DNA of 64,000 nt from Eledone cirrhosa (Eukaryota), in NCBI GenBank assembly GCA_964016885.1, contig OZ024741.1, positions 95,294,001 through 95,358,000 of the forward strand, in the 5' to 3' direction. Both the position numbers and the translations under genes were made by a program. Shown one piece after another: positions 55,490-64,000 of this stretch. Position 1 is the stretch's first letter; each line of letters begins with the position of its first letter. Under the pieces are notes generated by a model. The model searched no databases and was not told the origin of the DNA. It was given only the letters and a program-made list of their open reading frames with translations.

Positions 55490-55780
55490 GTATATAGAGC
55501 TGTATGGGAGCCTCCCAAAAGTCAGCTCAAAAGTGACACAGAGGAGACTGAGGTTAGCTGAACATGCTCACCGACATCCAGAGTTGACATTGCACTCAGT
55601 GCTCCTGTGGGAGCCCCTACATGGACACACTGGAAGAGGAAGACCAAGGTTAACGTATGTTGATGCCCTAAGGACAGACACTGGTCTGTTGGAGATGCAG
55701 GACATGGCAGCGATAATGAGGGACAGAGACCGCTGGCGAGAACTCGTCCATGGATCTCGGGAATTTTACCCGCCCTAGAA
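55490..55780 (+). mobile_element. RTE-like LINE 3' fragment (distinct family)
   Basis: RRLRLAEHAHRHPE...LLWEPLHGHTGRGRPRLTYVDALRTD...DRDRWRELV. Confidence 0.8.
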
Positions 55781-57490
55781 AAATAGAGGACAATGCATGT
55801 GGTTTAGTGGTTAGAGAGTTGGATTCACAATCTTGAGGTTGTGAATTTCATTCCTGGACTGGGTGATGCATTATGTCCTTGAGAAAAACACTATATGTTG
55901 TTCTTTATGCCTGGAGTTGTGACCAGTAGATAGTATCATCAATGGAAGGATCAATAGAACTATTGTTTCCTTGGTCTGATTTGATGAGTTCCACCCCACA
56001 TGGTAAACGAATGATATCTGGGATCTTGTTGATCTATTTAAGATAAAAAATGAAAAGGATTTAGTTGATAAGAACACAAACACAGTTGAATCCAGAGACC
56101 TGTTTTTCAGTAAGTGATGTCACAGTACTAAGAGAGAGAGAGATTGTTGATTTTACAATGCATTGATCTTTCTCATATTGCACACATTTTCTTTATATTT
56201 ATATTTTTTAGCAACCTTTTTTTAAAATGTCTTTGTCAGAAAATGGGGAGGGGGCAGCACCTATGGCATTTTAAGGGTCATTAATACTGATGGGAGGACG
56301 GCAAGCACCTATGGAACTTTTCAGGGTCTCTGATACCGATAGGGGCACATGTTAAACTTAGGAAAGATATTTAGCTTGAATGCCTGTAATAGAGTTTTCC
56401 ATTCCATTCAAAACTTTTTGACCCACTGTTGGATAAATAAAACCCCAGCATATCATTACCTGCTTATCTATGCTAGTTGTAGGCGTGCCAGTTCATGTAG
56501 GCCAATTATGAGTTGGATGGAGTGCACCCTTAGTTGAGTGATTAGTTCTGGCTAATAACATCTAGACAGAACTGCAAGGACTCTACTATATGCACCTAGT
56601 AGCCAGGTGGTGGTGGTGTTAAATTGGCTGACTGCTCAAGAAAAGGAGCAGATCTTCTGATAAACTTCCACACAGTTTCCATCTTCCAAATTTCATTCAT
56701 AAAGCTTATAGTAAAAGACACTTGCCCAAGATATCACACTGCGTGACTGAACCTGAAACCATGTGGTTGCAAAGCAAACTTCTTCACCAAGCAACCATGC
56801 CTCATGCTATAATTGTTGCTATACACTTCATTTTATGCAGTTCAATTCACCTTGATGTCAGAAATAGGTAGGTGATTGGTTCTTGAGAAATGTTACCAGT
56901 TATAGACTAGCATCTTATCCATGGAGATATTTACCTGTCTTTCTCATAAGACCATGCAACCAAAGCCACGTAGCTGTCTTTAAAACCTTACAAAACTGAG
57001 GGATTAGAAGACATTTACATTCCTTGAATAACAACCACAATCAACATGAAAGTCATTCTTAATTACTTAATGCAGATCCCTATATATATATACATATATA
57101 ATTAAATGGTTGTTAAATTAAAAACATACAATTAATTCTTCATTCAGTGCTATTTAATTTCTTTCAGTAAAAATAACAAACAAAACTTATAAAAAACAGA
57201 CTTATTTTGTGGTCACTGTTAGATTTAATGAAGAGATCAAAGTTAATGAGTAGATCAAGGTTTATAAACATTTTAGTGTTTTTTCTTCTTCTCTAGCTTG
57301 TTTGTATTTGTTATGTGGTAAACCATTTTATTATATGACAGTATTGGTAGAGCATCAGACAACATGCTTTGCAGCATAGAGTTACGTCCCTAACATGGAG
57401 TCTGTCGCTCCCTCTCCCTTTCGTTGCTTAATTCCTTATTTCTGCCTTTTCTTCCTTTCCTTTCTTTTTTTGTTTCTTTATTGCCATGTA

Positions 57491-57688
57491 CAAGAGTTAG
57501 CTGAAAAGTTCATAGGCTGACCAAGATACTCTCATGGAATGACCAAATGAGATTTATTTTTCAACATAGTCCTTGAAAAGAAACAATACAGTTATTAATA
57601 AGAAGACTTGAAATTAATGCATGCAAGATTTCACAGCTCTAGCACCAATCCTTTATTGTCAGCATATGAACTTTTCAGCCAACCCTCG
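57491..57688. mobile_element. Tc1/mariner-type MITE
   Basis: TA|CAAGAGTTAGCTGAAAAGTTCATAGGCTGAC ... GTCAGCATATGAACTTTTCAGCCAACCCTCG|TA. Confidence 0.8.
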
Positions 57689-57899
57689 TATAATAACTTT
57701 GATAAGTTTTGGCCAGTATTGGTCTAGGCCATGTCTAACTTCATAATAGTTTTTTTTTAATCACATTTTATGTATAGTCTGATATATGTATGTTTATTTA
57801 ACTATAAACACACATACCCATGAACTATTGGATTCATGAGTGAATTGGCATGTGGTAAGGGCATTGTTGGACCGATTGTCTGTCAGGCACTGTGATCTG

Positions 57900-58272
57900 T
57901 GGAAAATCCACTTCAGTGTTCTATAGAGGATTAGTGGCTGGGAAAAGCAGTGACATTCTTGGGGAGATCTTGGGTGTCGAAGATGAACAACTAGCCGCTT
58001 TCTTCTAGAGAACTTTCTTTCCAGGGCGAATGGATAGCTTTCAGAAATCCCTGGCTTGGCTGTGGGTGACATTTGCTAGTTTGAGATAAACTCTACAGGC
58101 ATGGAAGTGCTGTCAGCCGAGCATGTTTGAGATGTGCGCAGGGCAATGAAACCCTCGTTCAGTGCCTGAGCATTGCTGACCTGTGGGTTTATGTCGAACA
58201 TCTGCTGTCATGTGTAGGATGGATCCAGCTATCAACTGAATCCCTTACAAAGATTGCATCACTACCTTCTTT
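57900..58272 (+). mobile_element. Degenerate Tx1/L1 LINE ORF2 fragment with zinc knuckle
   Basis: DKLYRHGSAVSRACLRCAQGNETLVQC..ADLWVYVEHLLSCVGWIQLSTES; homologous to 1015-1110. Confidence 0.7.
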
Positions 58273-58284
58273 TAATTTTTAGCC

Positions 58285-58660
58285 CATCAGACGACATGCT
58301 TTATGGCATATAGTTACGACCCTTTATGTTCTGAGTTCAAATTCTGCAGGAAACTGGGGACAATTTAATTGACTTTCCCCTTTCTTTCAAATTGCTGGGT
58401 TTGTGCCTAATGCAGAAACAATTATTATTATTATTGGTGGGTTGGCAGTATCGGTAGAGCATTGGATAACATTCTTTGCAGCATGTAGTTACATCCCTTT
58501 ACGTTTTGAGTTCAAATCCTGCTGAGGTTAACTTTGCCTTTCATCCTTACCAGGTCAATAAAATAAAACACTAGTAACTCACTGCGGGTTAATTTAATTG
58601 ACTTTCCCCTCTTCCCAAAATTGTTGGCTTTGTGCCTAAATCAGAAACCATTATTATTAG
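58285..58660 (+). mobile_element. Two tandem older Meta-like SINEs
   Basis: B box, GCCTTTCATCCTTAC domain, GTGCCTAA..GAAAC(ATT)n tails. Confidence 0.75.
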
Positions 58661-60664
58661 TGGTGAAGCTGTTGGTAAATTAAACATAAATTTAATGGTT
58701 AGGTGGAGCCATTTAATGACCAGCTGGATTAAACACTCATTGTTGAAATTAATGGAGGTCAAATTATTTCCTCCATAGGGATGAAAATCAAAGCTTATCT
58801 TCCTCAGACAGGAATTAATGTTTACTTAGAAATAAGAGGAAGACATTTACAGTTCATCAACGTTTGCATATTTAGAAAGGAAAGAAAAATAAAGAAAAAT
58901 AAATTCAGTAGTAAAAGGGTGGGGGTAGGGGGTGGCAGATCTTACAACCTTGTCCAAGTGTTAAGTTTCAACTGCATCTCCATGGACAGAATGGCAAAAG
59001 CTGTGCAGCACATAACAGCCAGCAATATCCATTACATCAACCACTTAATCTCATGGGGATCCTTTCTCAGGTGGGATGCACTCTTTTTGATTTTATGGAA
59101 GAAAACTGGCAGTTTGAGGACTGAGAGCACCAGAGATCTTGTCAGCAACTGACACAAAAGTGAAGCAGTCTGGTCAATTGAATCTAGAAATGTGAGATAC
59201 TGCTGATATAGTTAGAAATAGTAGCTTGAAGTAAGATATACAATTGGAAAGGTGAGGAAGAAATAATTAAGGAGTATGTTGGAAGCGGGGTAGAAATTAG
59301 GATCTGTAAAATGCACTCACCCACCCATTTTATTATTTATTATATATATTTTTGACATTCATAAAGAACACAACAGTAGGGGGCTGAGCAAATTATTGTT
59401 CATTATCTCTCTCACACACACTCTTTCTCTCTCTCCTCTCACTCATTCACTCGCTTACTCCCTCTTTCTTTCTCAAACACAGTATTTTGTCTAAATAAAA
59501 GAGATTAAGCTAGCCACTTGTATACTTCCTCTTTTCATTCTTACTATACCACTAGAGTTATTAACTATTAGAGAGAAAACCCTTCCTTCTCACTCTCTCC
59601 TTGTTCAACTCAGCTCAGAAATTCCACTGTCCTCCAGCTTATTCTCTCATTCTTTATTTCTTTATTTTTTTATTTATCAAAGTTGTTTATTATTAACTGG
59701 GGACATTTGATAAATCAAATGTCAAAACTACTAAGATATTTATAGAACAACAACAACATGAACAAGAATACAATGAACAAAGAAACTGGAAAGACAGAAT
59801 TCTGTCAAACTTTAGAATTAACTAGAAATATTTTCATATTCAGTTCTTAACATCCTGTAGCATGTGAAATTGCATTAGCAAAACATTCTTGAAAAGTATA
59901 GAAGAGCATCACATGAAATATTTAAGTGTTTACCTCTAATATACTGCAAAATTTGTTAACAATCTGTCCACTAGTAAAGATATTATAAACATTTGAATTA
60001 ACAAATCTGTTGTTAAATATTCTTGACTAAATCATTAGAGAGGTTAAAAGTTAGAAAGAGTTCATAAATTTGTCTTGGTTTAAGAGTTACTCTTACGTGT
60101 TTCAGCCAACAGGCTGAAGCACTTCATAATTTTTTTTTGAAAACTGATGAATTCAAGAGAAAAATATATGTTGTGTGTGCACACAAATGCACACACGCTG
60201 AAAACAACAAAAATACTTTTTAAAAATTTGTGCAGTTATATAATTGTTAATGGAGAATCTTGTTTATAATGATATTTCTTTGCTTGCTATGGGAATTTCT
60301 TTTGATTTTGTTTATCTTTAAATGCCACCATATTGAAATATATTATAAAGCCCTTTAAACCCTTTTGGTACCAAATCTTTTGAAACTTTAGCTGTAAAGT
60401 GTTTGTATTTGTCTAAGAAATTTCCATAGTAATTTAATGTAAGTAGTTTAATAATGAAAAACTTAGTCACATTATACTAAAGCCTTTCAAAATCTTGATT
60501 ATTTTGAAAATTATTTGAAATTCAATGACAATGTCTGCCCCCCCCCCCTCTCTGTATATCTTTATATATATGTAACGCTTGAATAATATACATAATCAGT
60601 TGCCTGGTATAATGATTGTCTAACTTTCAGGTGTTTTTGATAGAGTCCACTCTACCTTGTTGCA

Positions 60665-60816
60665 ACCAGCCGCTCATACTGACGTTAAGGTATTATTCTC
60701 AAAATAAATAATATCAAAATCTCACAGATTTGATACTATGTGAGATAATTATGTAAGATAAAGCCTTTATTGCGAAAATACAATAGTAAAAATAGAGTAA
60801 TGGAAATACTAAAGGG
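60665..60816 (+). mobile_element. Partial piggyBac-type MITE (family 1)
   Basis: Body match and AAAGGG|TTAA end. Confidence 0.7.
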
Positions 60817-61852
60817 TTAATGTAATTCTCCGGGAGATTCAACAAGACACAGTGTATGACAAGGCTGGAGCCACGTAGGTAGGTTGGATGATTGGTAGGT
60901 AGAATGGATCTCTAGGTAGGTTTGATGAGTGGTAGGTAGAATGGACCTCTGTTGGTTTCAATGGTGAGTGTTCTAGTTATTTGATCAACAGCCTGCTGGT
61001 GAAATTAATGTAGAATTGGCTGAACATTTCACAGATACGTGTATGTTTAACACAATTCTCAGGGAGATTCAGCATGACACAGTGTGTGACAAGGCTACTC
61101 TTTGAATTAAAGATACAGTCCATTTGACAGGCTTCTACCCAATTTCACTCACAAGCAAGGCCTCCAAGAGAAACTTTGCAAGGCGGTACAAGGCCCCTTT
61201 GGGGACCAAAGTAGGCAAAGATTTTTCTCAAAATGTATCTTGCGTGGTTGCTGTGGGGCCTTCTTAGCTCTTGAGCCCTGGAACAAAGTACCGACTGGAT
61301 CCCCCCCCCCCCCCCTCCTCCTCTTATAGCCTCTGCTCACAAGGTGTAGGTTGACCTGACTGGAGGCTATGATAAATGAAACTTGCTTACATGCTTAAGA
61401 TGCCATGCTGTGGGATTGAACCTGGGAACTAATGATTACAAAGCAGACTTCTTAACCATTCAGCCATGCTGTGTTGACTGGATGGTAGGTCGGCCTGCTG
61501 GTAAGGAACTCAGATTTCTACCTTGGTGTTGTTTTTTTAACATCCAAACTAACAATAGCTTGCAGGCAAAACAGCAGCAGCAGCTGCTGCCTGACAACAC
61601 AACTGATAGGAAAATAAACTGATTAAAGCATTAAAGCAAACGGATGTGCAACACTTATTTATTTATTTATTCATTAATTTATTAATTTATTTATTTATTT
61701 AATTATTTATTCTTTTATTATTGACTGGAGGCTTCTTATTTGTTACTCTTATCAAGATTAAATCCTAATCCTCTCTCATGATAGTGAACTGATTTACACT
61801 TCAATATGATGATTTATCTATCTATCTGTCTGTCTTTCTCTGTTAAAATATA

Positions 61853-61975
<123 letters not shown>

Positions 61976-62276
61976 ATATATATATATATATATATACACT
62001 TATACATACAGATATATATGTGTGTGTGTGTGTGTGTGTGTATATACATGAGTGTGCGTAATTAAAAATGAGTATCTGAAGAGGAACGAAAGGGAACCTC
62101 AGTTATATAAGGTACTCAATATATTAATAGACAAGGTGCATATTTAATTCACATAGAAATGATTTCTACAAAACTGCAACTGTTTCATTCAATTGAAACC
62201 ACTGTGGAAGACAAATAATTACTTGATTTTCCTGATGGTTTCAAACTAATAAAGCTGCTCTAGTTCTGTTGAGGTT

Positions 62277-63301
<1,025 letters not shown>

Positions 63302-63857
63302 CACAGTTCAAGAGTAACCAATCTTAAAGAGAGAGATGGAGATAGGAGAGGAGAGATTGGTGAATTAGTTAGAAGCCAAAGCGTAAAGGCATGTGCTCAA
63401 TGTGCAATATGCAGTGGAAGGCAGCTAGGTGGCTGGGTTCATGCAGAGGTTAGGTGCACGATCTCACACAATACAGCCTCGACAGAAGAATACTTCTCCA
63501 GTATGGCAGACAATTGATATACCCAGGACACCATAGTGAAATACCAACATCTGCAACATTACATTTATGTAACATTCTTTTCTTATTTTAATTTATATTC
63601 CTTTTGAAGTTCCGATGAGCTGCTCTATTTCTACCTATGTTAATTATTTTCAACTGAACCAGATCAATAATGATATATAATCATTTGATCCAGAAATATT
63701 ATATGGAGTAGCGAAACAATTGTAAATGGACATTATTATTATTAATATTATTATTATTATTCTCTACATTCTTTTATATCAAACTAAAATATGTTGACAA
63801 TCTTTTAATAATGTCTTCCTTGTGAAATCTGTGGTCTTGTTTTGCTTAACTAATGAA
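63302..63857 (+). mobile_element. Hammerhead-bearing non-autonomous element (copy 2)
   Basis: Homologous end to end with 16791-17307; gtt-CCGATGA-gctgctctat...atggagtagc-GAAA-caattGTA-aat at 63609-63727. Confidence 0.75.
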
Positions 63858-64000
63858 TATATATATATATATATATATTTAAATCATTATCATTTAACAT
63901 TCATTTTCCTTACTAGCAAGAGCTGGACAGTCTGTTGCCGACTGAGTCTCTACTCAAGCAGCTACTGATCTCTCAAATGGGCCAGGGTTCTGTATATCAC

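Overview
AT-rich, repeat-dominated eukaryotic DNA. The SINE/LINE repertoire and very long (AT)n tracts suggest an octopod cephalopod (inference). I found no host protein-coding gene: the ORF track is mostly microsatellite artefact plus retroelement fragments. The window is a set of (AT)n islands filled with RTE-clade LINE fragments, Tx1/L1 and CR1 remnants, two tRNA-derived SINE families, two copies of a non-autonomous Helitron, and piggyBac- and mariner-type MITEs. The most notable feature is a 2-kb array at 18695-20748 of a non-coding 469-bp unit. Each unit carries a canonical minimal type I hammerhead ribozyme, and the units form two head-to-head multimers inside an (AT)n tract, which makes this a candidate retrozyme (circRNA-derived, probably mobilised by Penelope-like elements). 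About ten further hammerhead motifs from other Penelope-like terminal-repeat families are scattered through the window. Several sit in fold-back palindromes, including a 406-bp spacer-less one. All calls were made by eye, and element boundaries are approximate unless stated.
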